The notes below the pieces were generated by a model. That model worked only from the letters and a program-made list of their open reading frames with translations, ran no database searches and was not told where the DNA came from. The position numbers and the translations under genes are program-made. DNA of 64,000 nucleotides from Ignavibacteria bacterium (lineage in GTDB: Bacteria > Bacteroidota > Ignavibacteria > Kapaibacteriales > UBA961), in NCBI GenBank assembly GCA_947491315.1, contig CANLII010000003.1, forward strand, positions 7,970 to 71,969, read 5' to 3'. Each line of letters starts with the position of its first letter. Position 1 is the stretch's first letter. Below are positions 1 to 10,201 of this stretch, piece after piece.

Positions 1-581
1 CCTTTCGCAACTGCAGTCTTGAGTTTGGATTGCATACGAGAATACTTCGTGAATCTCTTGCCTTCGAATACACTGCTATCATTATCCATTTGTGGTTCAC
101 CACGAAGTATGATGACAACTTTTCCTTTGACATCGAGATCTTTATAATCATCATATTTATACTCCGGTGCAGTGATTCCATATCCTGCAAAAGCCAGTTG
201 TGCATAGGCAACATTGGATGAACCTGAATATTCAAAAGGAATGAAATCGTCTTTTAGTGCCATCTCGGAAATTCCATTGCCTTTCTTCACAATGAATGTT
301 GTCGGCTTATCCAAATGAAGTCGTTCCAATGTATATGTGTGATAATAAGAGCCATTGATTGGCAATACACCCAATTCTTTGAATTGATCTGCGATATATG
401 CTGCTGCTTTTTCCAGTTCAGGGCTTGGCGTATTTCTTCCTTTCATTTCATCGGAGGCAAGCATATTGATATGCATTTTGGCCCGAGACATTGAAATGGT
501 CGGCAATGAAACAGTGGATTCATTTGCTTGAAGAATATGAAGACTAATCATCATAAGGAATATACAAACGGAATTTCTCAT
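1..581 (-). CDS. M28-family peptidase with PA domain (partial, runs off window start)
   Basis: Manual translation from ATG 581: signal peptide MRNSVCIFLMMISLHILQA, then LASDEMKGRNTPSPELEKAAAYIADQF and FAGYGITAPEYKYDDYKDLDVKGKVV, typical of M28/PA aminopeptidases. Absent from the ORF track because it has no stop in the window. Confidence 0.8.
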   Translation of the reverse strand, partial: MRNSVCIFLMMISLHILQANESTVSLPTISMSRAKMHINMLASDEMKGRNTPSPELEKAAAYIADQFKELGVLPINGSYYHTYTLERLHLDKPTTFIVKKGNGISEMALKDDFIPFEYSGSSNVAYAQLAFAGYGITAPEYKYDDYKDLDVKGKVVIILRGEPQMDNDSSVFEGKRFTKYSRMQSKLKTAVAK

Positions 582-585
582 TGTA

Positions 586-2493
586 TTAATATTTTGATGT
601 ATGAAACTTGAGTGGTAAATCATGTCTTTCTTGCATTATTGTTTGAATCACTGAAACAATTCTCAACTCATCTTCGAGATTCAATCCTGATTGCAATTGT
701 CTTTGGAGTGCTTGTAGTTCAATGTCAAGATGTTTTAATCGCAATGATGCAAGAGCTTCCACGAGAAGTCTTTCTTCAATATTCTCGGGTAATCTCACAT
801 TGAACTCTTTCCATTTTGGACTCAAGAGTACTTTCCCGAAGAGAATGTCCATGAGTAATTCTCGGACTATTTCTTCGAGATCATTTCTTTCGGACAATAC
901 AATATGCACCGGTCTGCCTCCATGCTGCGTATAAGCAAGGATGATTTCATCATAGAGTTTTCCTGCCGCTTCAGAAATGAATGCTTGTTTTGTGATATTC
1001 AATGTGATGCATAAAGCACGAAGCGATGGCTCATGTGTCAAAGCCAAATGCAAGATCTCTTTTTCTTCCGGTAGAACACTGATATTCAGTAAATCAGTGA
1101 ATGTTGTTGTTTGAGTGAGATCAGTTTGCTGTATTGCCTTTTTCTGAATCGCAAATGCATTCCTATTTGCATTGATTGATGGCAATGATGCTTTTCTTAA
1201 TTCATCATAGAGATGTGAAATTTGTCCATAACTCAAATGCAAAGTATCTGAGATTTGCTGAATGTAAAAATCATGCTGCAAGACATCAGGAATTTTTGCA
1301 ACCGTTTCAATCAATGAGCGAATGGCTTGGGCTTTTTCTGCAGGACTGTTCAGTAAGCCTTGTTTTCTGAATGATTCAACTTTGAATTGAATGATGGTCA
1401 TGGCCAATTCGATTGCTCGACGGAAAGATTCAGGTCCGCGATTTCGTACAAAACTGTCGGGGTCTTCGCCTTCCGGAAGTGCAATCAGTCGAACATCATA
1501 CCCTTGCTCAATTGCAAGGTCAATACCACGCAAAGCGGCTTGTTCACCGGCAACATCGCCATCATAGACGATATAGAGTTTTTTGGAATAGCGTGATAAT
1601 AATTGCAATTGTTCTGTGGTCAGTGCTGTTCCGCTACTTGCAACCGTATTGCTGAAACCTGCTTGTACAAGAGAAATAGTATCGGCATATCCCTCAGTCA
1701 GAATCACGTAACCGAGTGATCGAATCGATGACTTGGCTTGCGCGAGTCCATATAATATTCGACTCTTGTCATAAATCAAGGATTGTGGTGAATTGATATA
1801 CTTCGGTTGTGCATCATCCTCCACCATCCGTCTTGCGCCAAAACCAACAACTTTTCCAAGATGATCATGCACCGGAAACATTGCTCTTCCACGGAATCGA
1901 TCATATGATGAATTGTCTTTTTCTCTTCGTAAAATCAATCCGGCATCTTCCATGGCTTGTTCAGAAAACCCGGATGATGTCAAAAATTGTAAAGTCTGCG
2001 TCCACGAATCCGGTGAACATCCAAGACCGAATAATTCCTGAATATCATCATCAAATCCTCTTCGCATGAAATAGGCATAGATCTGTTGACCAGAAAATTG
2101 CTTCAACTGTTCGCGATAATATGTTTCGGCTTTTTGCATAATCAAATAAGCCGCTTCTTTTCTCGCATGTTTTGCTTGTGCTTCCGGATCTTTTATTTCA
2201 TCTTCCGGCAGCGGAACACCTGCTCTATCTGCGAGCATGCGTATGGCTTCGGGGAAAGACAGTCCGAGTTTGTTCATTACATAATGGAATGCATTTCCGC
2301 CCTTGCCACAAGAAAAACATTTAAAAATGCCTAATTCAGCATTCACATTCATTGATGGTTTTTTATCCGGATGGAATGGACAGAGTCCAAGATGCCCTTT
2401 GCCCGAACGCTTCAATTGCACGGACTCGCTAATGAGATCAACGATATCGATGCGTTGGCGTATTTCATCCAAAAGATGTTCGGGATATAACAT
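586..2493 (-). CDS. dnaG: DNA primase
   Basis: CHC2 zinc finger (CPFH...CFSC), YDRFRGRAMFP, KYINSP, TOPRIM motifs EGYAD, YDGD and DPD. Confidence 0.97.
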   Translation of the reverse strand: MLYPEHLLDEIRQRIDIVDLISESVQLKRSGKGHLGLCPFHPDKKPSMNVNAELGIFKCFSCGKGGNAFHYVMNKLGLSFPEAIRMLADRAGVPLPEDEIKDPEAQAKHARKEAAYLIMQKAETYYREQLKQFSGQQIYAYFMRRGFDDDIQELFGLGCSPDSWTQTLQFLTSSGFSEQAMEDAGLILRREKDNSSYDRFRGRAMFPVHDHLGKVVGFGARRMVEDDAQPKYINSPQSLIYDKSRILYGLAQAKSSIRSLGYVILTEGYADTISLVQAGFSNTVASSGTALTTEQLQLLSRYSKKLYIVYDGDVAGEQAALRGIDLAIEQGYDVRLIALPEGEDPDSFVRNRGPESFRRAIELAMTIIQFKVESFRKQGLLNSPAEKAQAIRSLIETVAKIPDVLQHDFYIQQISDTLHLSYGQISHLYDELRKASLPSINANRNAFAIQKKAIQQTDLTQTTTFTDLLNISVLPEEKEILHLALTHEPSLRALCITLNITKQAFISEAAGKLYDEIILAYTQHGGRPVHIVLSERNDLEEIVRELLMDILFGKVLLSPKWKEFNVRLPENIEERLLVEALASLRLKHLDIELQALQRQLQSGLNLEDELRIVSVIQTIMQERHDLPLKFHTSKY

Positions 2494-2494
2494 A

Positions 2495-3439
2495 TCAGGG
2501 TTTCGGATAAATAATGAGTCGATGTTTTACATTTTTAGGATTTGTTCCAATCACGGTGATTCCTGCGGGAACAACAAAAGTTGGAATGATGAATCCTGTT
2601 GAATCCTCAATCAATTGAGGATAATATACAATTGCTTTGATATCATCCGGACTGAGAGAAGCGAGTCTTCGTACCCCGCCCCGTATCTGCGTGCTGATTC
2701 TACTCGGCTCTATGCTATGAGCGGAATGTGTTGGTGCTCCAGCAATGATGATGGGTACATCACCAACCGTGATTTCAGCAATTTGTTGAATATCGCCGGA
2801 TATGGTTACTTCTTTGATTGCACTTGTCACAAGATTAGGAAGTGAATCTTGAAGCGGAACGGTAAAGGAAAATGGTCCGGTCAAATCATTGAATGACAAT
2901 GTATTCGTGGCCCATGATCTGAGAGTCGGGATAATGGATCCATTGCCACGCAACACTATGCTGTCGGGTTCAATCTTGACTTTCCCGATAATCATATATC
3001 CTTCGGCAGGATTGATGGATACTCGAGATTGCACCGGTGCGCTTTGTCTAAATAACATGCCTGTTTTAAGCATGATGCTTTCCGGTAATAATTCCACCAC
3101 TTTTTCTAAACTCACGGATGGATTGATTCCCTGCAAAATATCGGACTTTTTCAATTCAACGATTCCATCCGGAGCAACATTTGCTTTGGCCAAATCTATC
3201 CTGCATTCCTTACCCGAACTGAAATACTGTAAATAAAGCAATTGCCATCCCGATGTGCGAAGTTTCACTGATATTGAGGGCGGTGGCTCCATTTCAAGTG
3301 AGCGCTCTTCGGATAAATCAATGATGAGCGGATAGGTGACATAGACCGTTGACGGAGTGGTCATACTCACATAACCCCATAAACCCAATGCTAATACAAT
3401 GGATAAGATAATGGGCATTATGGGTCTTTTGTTTGTCAT
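2495..3439 (-). CDS. YbbR/CdaR-like membrane-anchored protein
   Basis: N-terminal TM helix (ILSIVLALGLWGYV) followed by YbbR-like repeats (IEPDSIVLRG, IEPSRISTQIRG, TNPKNV). Confidence 0.7.
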   Translation of the reverse strand: MTNKRPIMPIILSIVLALGLWGYVSMTTPSTVYVTYPLIIDLSEERSLEMEPPPSISVKLRTSGWQLLYLQYFSSGKECRIDLAKANVAPDGIVELKKSDILQGINPSVSLEKVVELLPESIMLKTGMLFRQSAPVQSRVSINPAEGYMIIGKVKIEPDSIVLRGNGSIIPTLRSWATNTLSFNDLTGPFSFTVPLQDSLPNLVTSAIKEVTISGDIQQIAEITVGDVPIIIAGAPTHSAHSIEPSRISTQIRGGVRRLASLSPDDIKAIVYYPQLIEDSTGFIIPTFVVPAGITVIGTNPKNVKHRLIIYPKP

Positions 3440-3470
3440 ACTCAGTTTCGAGTCTCATAATAGAGTGATG

Positions 3471-3478
3471 CAAATTTA
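3471..3478 (-). promoter_or_regulatory. Putative primary-sigma -7 element (TAAATTTG) for the ybbR-dnaG-peptidase operon
   Basis: Matches the Bacteroidota TAnnTTTG consensus about 30 nt upstream of the ATG. Confidence 0.55.
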
Positions 3479-3542
3479 CAAAACTCCCTTGTCTGCATCC
3501 GGACTTTTACGGAATCACGGGCTTATCATTGATAAATAGTGA

Positions 3543-3550
3543 TATTTTTG
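3543..3550 (+). promoter_or_regulatory. Putative -7 element (TATTTTTG) for the metal SBP-pdxH operon
   Basis: TAnnTTTG match upstream of ATG 3577. Confidence 0.5.
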
Positions 3551-3576
3551 TCCAAGAAATCAATGCGATATACTCT

Positions 3577-4491
3577 ATGAATCAGATTTTCTCCGGAATA
3601 TTCATTCTTTGCACATTCCTTCTCGGCTTGTATAGTGCAGGTTGCGAGAAGCCAAATAATGATGGGAAGATTCATATTGTGGCTACCACGGGAATAATCG
3701 GGGATATAGTGCAATCCTCATTGGATTCGAATTTCGTGATTCATGTACTCATGAAACCGGGTGTTGATCCTCATTTGTATAAAGCCACTGCAGGCGACAT
3801 TTCTCTTCTTTTGAATGCAGATATCATCATCTATAATGGCTTGCATCTTGAGGGCAAGATGAGCGAAGTACTCGCAAAATTATCCGCCAAAAAGAATGTT
3901 ATTGCAATGTCTGATCATTTGCCCGAACAAGCTCTTCGGTTAATCGATGGAGCCCATGACCCGCATCTTTGGTTCGATGTCCAATTGTGGCATGATGCTC
4001 TTCAGGGAACTTTGAAGGCGATTGCAAAGTATTACCCTGCTGAATCGCAATCAAGCAAAGTAAAAGCGGAAGCATATGCTGGAAAACTTCAGAAGCTTCA
4101 TGTATGGACCGATTCTTTGATAGCAACCATTCCGGAACAAAGGCGTTATCTCATTACCGCTCATGATGCCTTCGGATATTTCGGTGATGCATATGACATC
4201 AAAGTAGTTGGACTACAAGGCATGTCAACCCTCAGTGACTTCGGAATGAATGATCTCATGAGCATTGGCAATCTGATTCTCCATAAAAAGATTCGATCCA
4301 TATTTGTTGAAATGTCCATCGCACCAAGGTCAATGGAAGCAGTGATGCTGAATGTCACATCTCGTGGAGGCTCGGTGAACATCGGAGGAAATCTGTATGC
4401 TGATGCACTCGATGCTTCAAACACAAATGCCGGGACATATATCGGCATAATCAAACATAATGTACAAACTATTGTGAAAGCACTCAAATGA
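3577..4491 (+). CDS. Mn/Zn ABC transporter substrate-binding lipoprotein (TroA/MntA family)
   Basis: Lipobox-like SAGC; metal-ligand motifs DPHLY, DPHLWFD, HDAFGYF, DAL; start moved to ATG 3577. Confidence 0.9.
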   Translation: MNQIFSGIFILCTFLLGLYSAGCEKPNNDGKIHIVATTGIIGDIVQSSLDSNFVIHVLMKPGVDPHLYKATAGDISLLLNADIIIYNGLHLEGKMSEVLAKLSAKKNVIAMSDHLPEQALRLIDGAHDPHLWFDVQLWHDALQGTLKAIAKYYPAESQSSKVKAEAYAGKLQKLHVWTDSLIATIPEQRRYLITAHDAFGYFGDAYDIKVVGLQGMSTLSDFGMNDLMSIGNLILHKKIRSIFVEMSIAPRSMEAVMLNVTSRGGSVNIGGNLYADALDASNTNAGTYIGIIKHNVQTIVKALK

Positions 4492-5144
4492 CAATGATTC
4501 CACCGGACGATATAGCCTCTTTACGCAAAGAATATAAGCGCGGTGATTTGATAGAATCTACTATTCCTGAAAATCCAATGCAATTGTTTTCCGAGTGGTT
4601 CATTCAAGCAGGAGCCATGGGAGTGATTGAACAGAATGCAATGATTCTTTCAACGGTTTCGCAGGATGGGAAACCGTCCTCTCGCACAGTTCTTCTCAAA
4701 GGAATCGAAGCGGAAGATTTTGTATTCTTCACGAATTATGAAAGCAGAAAAGCAGATGAAATCAAGCAAAATCCCTATGTGTCTTTACTATTTCTTTGGC
4801 TTGAACCTGAAAGACAAGTTCGCATTGAAGGAATCGCCTCTCGCATTTCACCCGAAGCTAGCAGAGCATATTTCAAGTCTCGTCCCAGGGAAAGTCAATT
4901 GGGTGCATGGGCATCCCAACAAAGCGCAATCATTGCCAATCGTGAAGAACTTGAAGCTTGCTACAAAGGAATGGAAGAACGATTTAAAGATCAAGAGGAT
5001 ATTCCAATGCCTGATTTTTGGGGTGGATATGCGATTGCGCCATCATCTATTGAATTTTGGCAGGGGAGAATTGGTCGCCTGCATGACCGCATCATCTATA
5101 AAAAGAATGGCGATACTTGGACTCAATACCGATTGAATCCATGA
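4488..5144 (+). CDS. pdxH: Pyridoxamine 5'-phosphate oxidase
   Basis: PSSRTVLLK, FFTNYESRK, RQVRIEG, YFKSRP, EFWQGR..RLHDR, RLNP. Confidence 0.97.
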   Translation: MTMIPPDDIASLRKEYKRGDLIESTIPENPMQLFSEWFIQAGAMGVIEQNAMILSTVSQDGKPSSRTVLLKGIEAEDFVFFTNYESRKADEIKQNPYVSLLFLWLEPERQVRIEGIASRISPEASRAYFKSRPRESQLGAWASQQSAIIANREELEACYKGMEERFKDQEDIPMPDFWGGYAIAPSSIEFWQGRIGRLHDRIIYKKNGDTWTQYRLNP

Positions 5145-5161
5145 TATCGCCAAATTCCGAT

Positions 5162-6472
5162 TTATTCCTGTGATTCAATTTCTCGAAGCAGGGCTTGTTT
5201 TTCAATTTCAAGTTGTCTGATTTTTCTATCGAGATTGTCGAGTTCTTCCGGCATGGAATCTATTTCAATGCGCAATTTACTGGCGGCTTCATCCACCAAA
5301 TCAATTGCTTTGTCGGGCAGAAAACGATCTGTGATATATCGTGATGACAATTGGGCGGCGGCCACGATTGCAGAATCTGTAATGCGCACGCCATGATGCA
5401 CTTCATAGCGTTCTTTCAAACCGCGCAAAATGGAGATTGTGTCATCGACTGTGGGTTCATCCACCAGTACTTTTTGAAAACGACGCTCTAACGCGGGATC
5501 TTTCTCAATGTATTTTTGATATTCATCCAAGGTGGTGGCACCGATGCATCGCAAATCACCCCGCGCAAGTGCGGGTTTGAGAATATTTGCCGCATCCATC
5601 GAACCACCCGTTGCGCCTGCTCCGATTAAAGTATGCAATTCATCGATGAAGAGAATGATTTCACCATCAGAATCTGTCACTTGCTGAATGATTGCTTTGA
5701 GTCTTTCCTCGAATTGACCCCGAAAACTCGTTCCTGCAACAAGAGCTCCGAGATCGAGTGAGACAATTGTTTTTGAGCGTAATGTTTCCGGCACATCGCC
5801 ACTGACGATTCTTTGCGCAATTCCTTCGACGATTGCAGTCTTCCCAACACCCGGTTCACCTATGATCACCGGATTGTTTTTTGTTCTGCGTGAAAGCACC
5901 TGAAGAATTCTGCGAATTTCATCTTCTCGGCCAATGACGGGATCTATCTTGCCTTTACGCGCTTCATCATTGAGAATGCGACCATATTTCTGAAGAGCTT
6001 GATACTTGTCTTCGGGATTCTGATCTGTTACTCTTTGATTACCACGAGTTTCAGAAAGAATCTTCTTGATGGTCTCGCGACTGATTCCTTGATCCTTGAG
6101 TAATTGCGAAGCTGAAGATTTGACTTCAGTACAGGCAATAAGCAAATGCTCAACGCTTGCATATTCATCATTCATGGATTTGGCTTCTTGCAATGCTTTT
6201 TCAAGAATGGCATTTAAATCCTGAGAAACATAATTGCCAGTGGAGCCCGACACCTTGGGTAATGCAGTCATTTGCTCATTTAGCTTGATCTTGAGATGAT
6301 TGACATTTGCCCCAATTTTCATGAGCATCGGTGGGACAATCCCTGCCGAATCTTGAATCAATGCCGCAAGTAAATGAATAGGCTCTATGGATTGATTGCC
6401 ATAGCCATGTGCAATTTCTTGTGCTGTTTGCAATGCTTCTTGAGACTTCAATGTATATTTTTGAAGATTCAT
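5162..6472 (-). CDS. clpB: ClpB N-terminal half only (Clp-N repeats, NBD1, start of M-domain); split or truncated clpB
   Basis: [13 protein letters not shown], Walker A GEPGVGKT, Walker [30 protein letters not shown]; stop after ...[11 protein letters not shown] at ~436 aa; no second AAA+ domain. Confidence 0.9.
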   Translation of the reverse strand: MNLQKYTLKSQEALQTAQEIAHGYGNQSIEPIHLLAALIQDSAGIVPPMLMKIGANVNHLKIKLNEQMTALPKVSGSTGNYVSQDLNAILEKALQEAKSMNDEYASVEHLLIACTEVKSSASQLLKDQGISRETIKKILSETRGNQRVTDQNPEDKYQALQKYGRILNDEARKGKIDPVIGREDEIRRILQVLSRRTKNNPVIIGEPGVGKTAIVEGIAQRIVSGDVPETLRSKTIVSLDLGALVAGTSFRGQFEERLKAIIQQVTDSDGEIILFIDELHTLIGAGATGGSMDAANILKPALARGDLRCIGATTLDEYQKYIEKDPALERRFQKVLVDEPTVDDTISILRGLKERYEVHHGVRITDSAIVAAAQLSSRYITDRFLPDKAIDLVDEAASKLRIEIDSMPEELDNLDRKIRQLEIEKQALLREIESQE

Positions 6473-6606
6473 GATTGCACCTCGCAATTTCTGTTCATAT
6501 CCTTACCTGTATTTATTGAAACCGGCTCATTGACGAAGCATGAACAAAGAAATTTCCTTTGGCTTGTCGAAGTCCGTATTTTGCACGCATCAATAGCGAA
6601 TCAAAC

Positions 6607-7728
6607 ATGTATGTAAAATCCATCATCGTCGAACATCTCCGTAATCATGAGCATAGTGAGCTCATATGTTCGCCTTCTTTGAATATCATAAGCGGATTGA
6701 ATGGAGCGGGTAAAACCACTATTCTCGAGGCAATTTCGATATGTGGATTGTCGAAAACATTTCTGCCTGGTACCGATAGCGATTTGATCAAACATGGTAA
6801 GGAATCGTATACTGTCTCTTTACAGGCAGTTTCAGATCTTGGTATTCCGTATAAAGTGGGCGTGCGCTATATTGATGGTCAAAGAAAACTCATCAATTCA
6901 AGCATCGGGGACAGGATGAATCCGAAAGATATTCTTGGCGAATTGCCACTGATTATTCTTTCTCCGGATTTCAAAGAAATCACATTTGGAGCGCCTGATG
7001 ATCGTAGAAGATTCATGGATGCACTGCTCTCCCAGGCGAAGTATGTGTATGTGGAATCAGCAATCAATCTCAAGAAAATCATCAAGCAGAGAAATGCACT
7101 CTTGCAAAAAGCGAAAATGTATGGTCAAAAACCCGATGAAGCTTTGCTTGATATCATGACCAATCAAATGATGGATGCGGGTTCCACGCTTGCTTCACTT
7201 CGAGCGCAATTCATCAATGAATTCACTCCGCATTTTCTTGTAGCATATAAGAAGATCACTGATACCGATGAACAAGTTGGAATTGTCTATTTACCTGATA
7301 CGGCAAATGGTAGAACATTAATCACCAAAGAAGATTTCAGCGAATCATATATGCTCGCATATCGATCATTGAAAGAAGAAGAAGTGAGAAGAGGTACTAC
7401 ATTGTTCGGACCGCAGAAGGACGATCTCGAGATTTCAATCAATGGTGGAAGAGCTCGCGAAACTGCTTCGCAAGGACAGCATAAATCATTGCTGATCAGT
7501 ATCAAATGGGCGGAGTTTACTTATCTGAGAGATGTAAGGGATGAAACGCCTGTATTGCTTTTTGATGATATTTTCAGTGAACTCGATGGCAATAGAACGG
7601 CAAGAGTATTACAACAGATTTTGGATTCAGGGGCTCAAACATTCATCACGACAACAGAAGGGGAGAAATTGATTGCTTCACTGCCGATGAATACAGAATA
7701 TGAAATGATTAATGCGCCTTTTGAGTGA
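6607..7728 (+). CDS. recF: DNA replication/repair protein RecF
   Basis: Walker A GLNGAGKT, GAPDDRRRFMD, GPQKDDL, SQGQHKS, LLFDDIFSELD. Confidence 0.95.
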   Translation: MYVKSIIVEHLRNHEHSELICSPSLNIISGLNGAGKTTILEAISICGLSKTFLPGTDSDLIKHGKESYTVSLQAVSDLGIPYKVGVRYIDGQRKLINSSIGDRMNPKDILGELPLIILSPDFKEITFGAPDDRRRFMDALLSQAKYVYVESAINLKKIIKQRNALLQKAKMYGQKPDEALLDIMTNQMMDAGSTLASLRAQFINEFTPHFLVAYKKITDTDEQVGIVYLPDTANGRTLITKEDFSESYMLAYRSLKEEEVRRGTTLFGPQKDDLEISINGGRARETASQGQHKSLLISIKWAEFTYLRDVRDETPVLLFDDIFSELDGNRTARVLQQILDSGAQTFITTTEGEKLIASLPMNTEYEMINAPFE

Positions 7729-8419
7729 TAGCTTTAGTAGAAGTATTGTGATTAATGATTATATAAGCAATCACAAGATTTATAACCCAACCACTCCAAG
7801 ATACAATTCTATAGATGTCGATTCTATGCATGTCGGTTGTATTTGCGAGTATGTATTTGTGTAATCGAAGTGTCAAAGCTGATAATGTTAATGCATAGCT
7901 CAGTATCATGTAGTTTTTATGCTTGAGTATGTTTCTTTTTTTTATGGCAAGAAAAGAACGGAGGGTGTAGTAGAACCATAAAGAAGACAATATGCAAAAT
8001 GATGTTTGAGCAATGATTCCACCATTACCATGAAGCCCCATCACAAATCCTGCAGGTGCTGATATGCATACTACTCCTACTACATAAGTAAGCCCGAAAT
8101 AGCGATGAATCAATGGAGTTTTTCTTCTTATACTCTCGATAAATTGAGTCGAACCTAGTAATAAAATGAAAATACTACTAAATACATGTGAAAAAAATGC
8201 GATTTGATAGTATTGAAATTGGATTATATGTTGTTTGGTTGCCAAAAAGGCCACTTGCAAATCAAATGGTATATACTGAAATGTAATTGCAAGCATCAAG
8301 AAAGAGAGGTAGAGAAAAGTAAACAATAGTGTTACTCTCCCTAAAAGTATCAGTATATTTTTTGCTGATGCAAACTGTACTTTAGGATTTCTATTACAAT
8401 CAATAGCTTTATCTTCCAT
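7709..8419 (-). CDS. DUF2306-like membrane protein
   Basis: Multiple TM helices, FFSHVFSS, IHRYFGLTYV, HKNYMILSYALTLSALTLR; start uncertain (ATG 8419 or 8452). Confidence 0.75.
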   Translation of the reverse strand: MEDKAIDCNRNPKVQFASAKNILILLGRVTLLFTFLYLSFLMLAITFQYIPFDLQVAFLATKQHIIQFQYYQIAFFSHVFSSIFILLLGSTQFIESIRRKTPLIHRYFGLTYVVGVVCISAPAGFVMGLHGNGGIIAQTSFCILSSLWFYYTLRSFLAIKKRNILKHKNYMILSYALTLSALTLRLHKYILANTTDMHRIDIYRIVSWSGWVINLVIAYIIINHNTSTKAITQKAH

Positions 8420-9350
8420 ACTCTGAATCATATTGACCAAAGTTTTTTTCATAACGAACTATGAGTGCAATATTTTGATTTTCGATTGTGGTTAATCCGG
8501 CTTTGGGGTTTGAGCTGACAGGTACATACCAAGGTTGTTTTTCATAATAGATTCTCAAAGGTCTTTTCTTGAATGCATATCCATGCCTAGCAAATACTGT
8601 ATTTCTCAAGAGCATGAGTTCTGATTTTGTCAAGCCTTCAATATCGGATTCACTTAGTAAAGTAGAGGATGGATTGAACGTATATACGATATCATAATTT
8701 GACTCAACCGCTCCATACCATTCATTATATTCTGTGGGATATACAACATTTGACTTAGTCATTTCATCCTCTTTTATTCCTTCCAATCGTATAAAATCAA
8801 TATTGGGATTATATGAAAAAGACTTTTTTGTAAATCTGCAAATTCTTGAAGGTATGTCAATATTGTTATCAGCTGTCCAGTCACCTTGTAAAATGGAGTC
8901 ATTTTTTCTGATTGTAATATTAAATGTTCCTTTATCTGAATCTTTCCCTTTTTCTGATAACTGCAAGACTATGTCTTTATTATCCTCTTGAAATGTTCCC
9001 ACGATATTTTTTGTTAATCCTGCAATAATGCTATATCCAGTTATAGTAGTTCCTTTAACTGAATCAATGACAACAGTAATTTTTTGTTCTTTGTGCCAAG
9101 CAGTCTTTCCTTTGTCTACTATTTTTTTTGTTGATAATTCTTCCTTGGCGTTGAAATAGCCAACCCATAGTCCCTGTAAATTTGCAATCGAAACTTTGCT
9201 AATGCCTTTTACTGCTATTTTGTCTAGATCGACTTTAGCCGACATGCTTACTGATTCATGTTCAATGACCGCATTTTCATTCTTGATCAATTTTGTGCAT
9301 GAGGAAATCGTAGCTGTAAAGAGCACGCAAACAAACAACAATCTTTTCAT
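8409..9350 (-). CDS. YARHG-domain lipoprotein
   Basis: Lipobox ISSC; C-terminal LLRNTVFARHGYAFK...YYEKQPWY...LTTIENQNI. Confidence 0.88.
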   Translation of the reverse strand: MKRLLFVCVLFTATISSCTKLIKNENAVIEHESVSMSAKVDLDKIAVKGISKVSIANLQGLWVGYFNAKEELSTKKIVDKGKTAWHKEQKITVVIDSVKGTTITGYSIIAGLTKNIVGTFQEDNKDIVLQLSEKGKDSDKGTFNITIRKNDSILQGDWTADNNIDIPSRICRFTKKSFSYNPNIDFIRLEGIKEDEMTKSNVVYPTEYNEWYGAVESNYDIVYTFNPSSTLLSESDIEGLTKSELMLLRNTVFARHGYAFKKRPLRIYYEKQPWYVPVSSNPKAGLTTIENQNIALIVRYEKNFGQYDSEYGR

Positions 9351-9445
9351 AAGTTAACCTATATTGAAATGGAATTTCTAATCTATTGATCCCACAAAAC
9401 ATTCCCATTCGAAACTACTCATTAGAATATCAGAATCTCCGTACT

Positions 9446-10201
9446 TCACCGCTTTCTTACCACTTCTTGATATGGAACTCTGAATCGTGGTCCCCAAATG
9501 CCTTTTTCGGTACCTTTGCCCACAGCTATGATCATAGTGATTTCAGCTCCGCGCGGCAATTCGAGAATCTTCTTGACACGCTTTTCATCGAAGCCTTCCA
9601 TTGGACAAGTATGAAATCCTGCCGATGCAATCGAAAGCATGAATGTTTGAGCGGCTAATGCACATGATTTATGCACTGTTATGCGTTGTTGTGCAGCGCC
9701 ACCTGCTCTGAAGAATGGACCTTTCAGACCCATAAAAAAACTCAATGCTTTTCTGAATATTCCCATGAGTCCGAATGGATCACGCATATACATGATGGGC
9801 ATGAGTTTGCGATAATAATTCAATCCGGCTTTTTGAAATGTGTTTGCTTCGCCTTGTATGGCTGACTCAATCTGTTCGACATTCCATTCAGCTCTTTGCT
9901 TCCAAAGATCCTGTCTTGTGACAAAGACCACCAAATGCTTGGCAGTCTTCGCGGCTTGCTGATCAAGACATAAGGGAATGAATGCATCCAGCATGTCCTT
10001 TGAAGCAATCCACTGAAATTCCCATAATTGCATATTGCTGCTATTAGGAGATAATATGGCATGTTCGATTGCTTGATGAATCACATCATCTGGAACTTCG
10101 CTATTAGGATCGAATGCTCTATTGGACCGTCGAAATTGTATGATATCGGCAAAGACTTCTCTCTGCCGAACTGATTCATCAATGTCTTTTGACTGATTCA
10201 A
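9446..10201 (-). CDS. Nitroreductase family protein
   Basis: RRSNRAF, SPNSSNMQLW, TCPMEGFD. Confidence 0.9.
   Translation of the reverse strand: MNQSKDIDESVRQREVFADIIQFRRSNRAFDPNSEVPDDVIHQAIEHAILSPNSSNMQLWEFQWIASKDMLDAFIPLCLDQQAAKTAKHLVVFVTRQDLWKQRAEWNVEQIESAIQGEANTFQKAGLNYYRKLMPIMYMRDPFGLMGIFRKALSFFMGLKGPFFRAGGAAQQRITVHKSCALAAQTFMLSIASAGFHTCPMEGFDEKRVKKILELPRGAEITMIIAVGKGTEKGIWGPRFRVPYQEVVRKR

Noticed and set aside
5100..5165. Programmed frameshift or readthrough continuing clpB
   Set aside because: The downstream sequence is the antisense of pdxH, and the ORF track shows no ClpB-like continuation.
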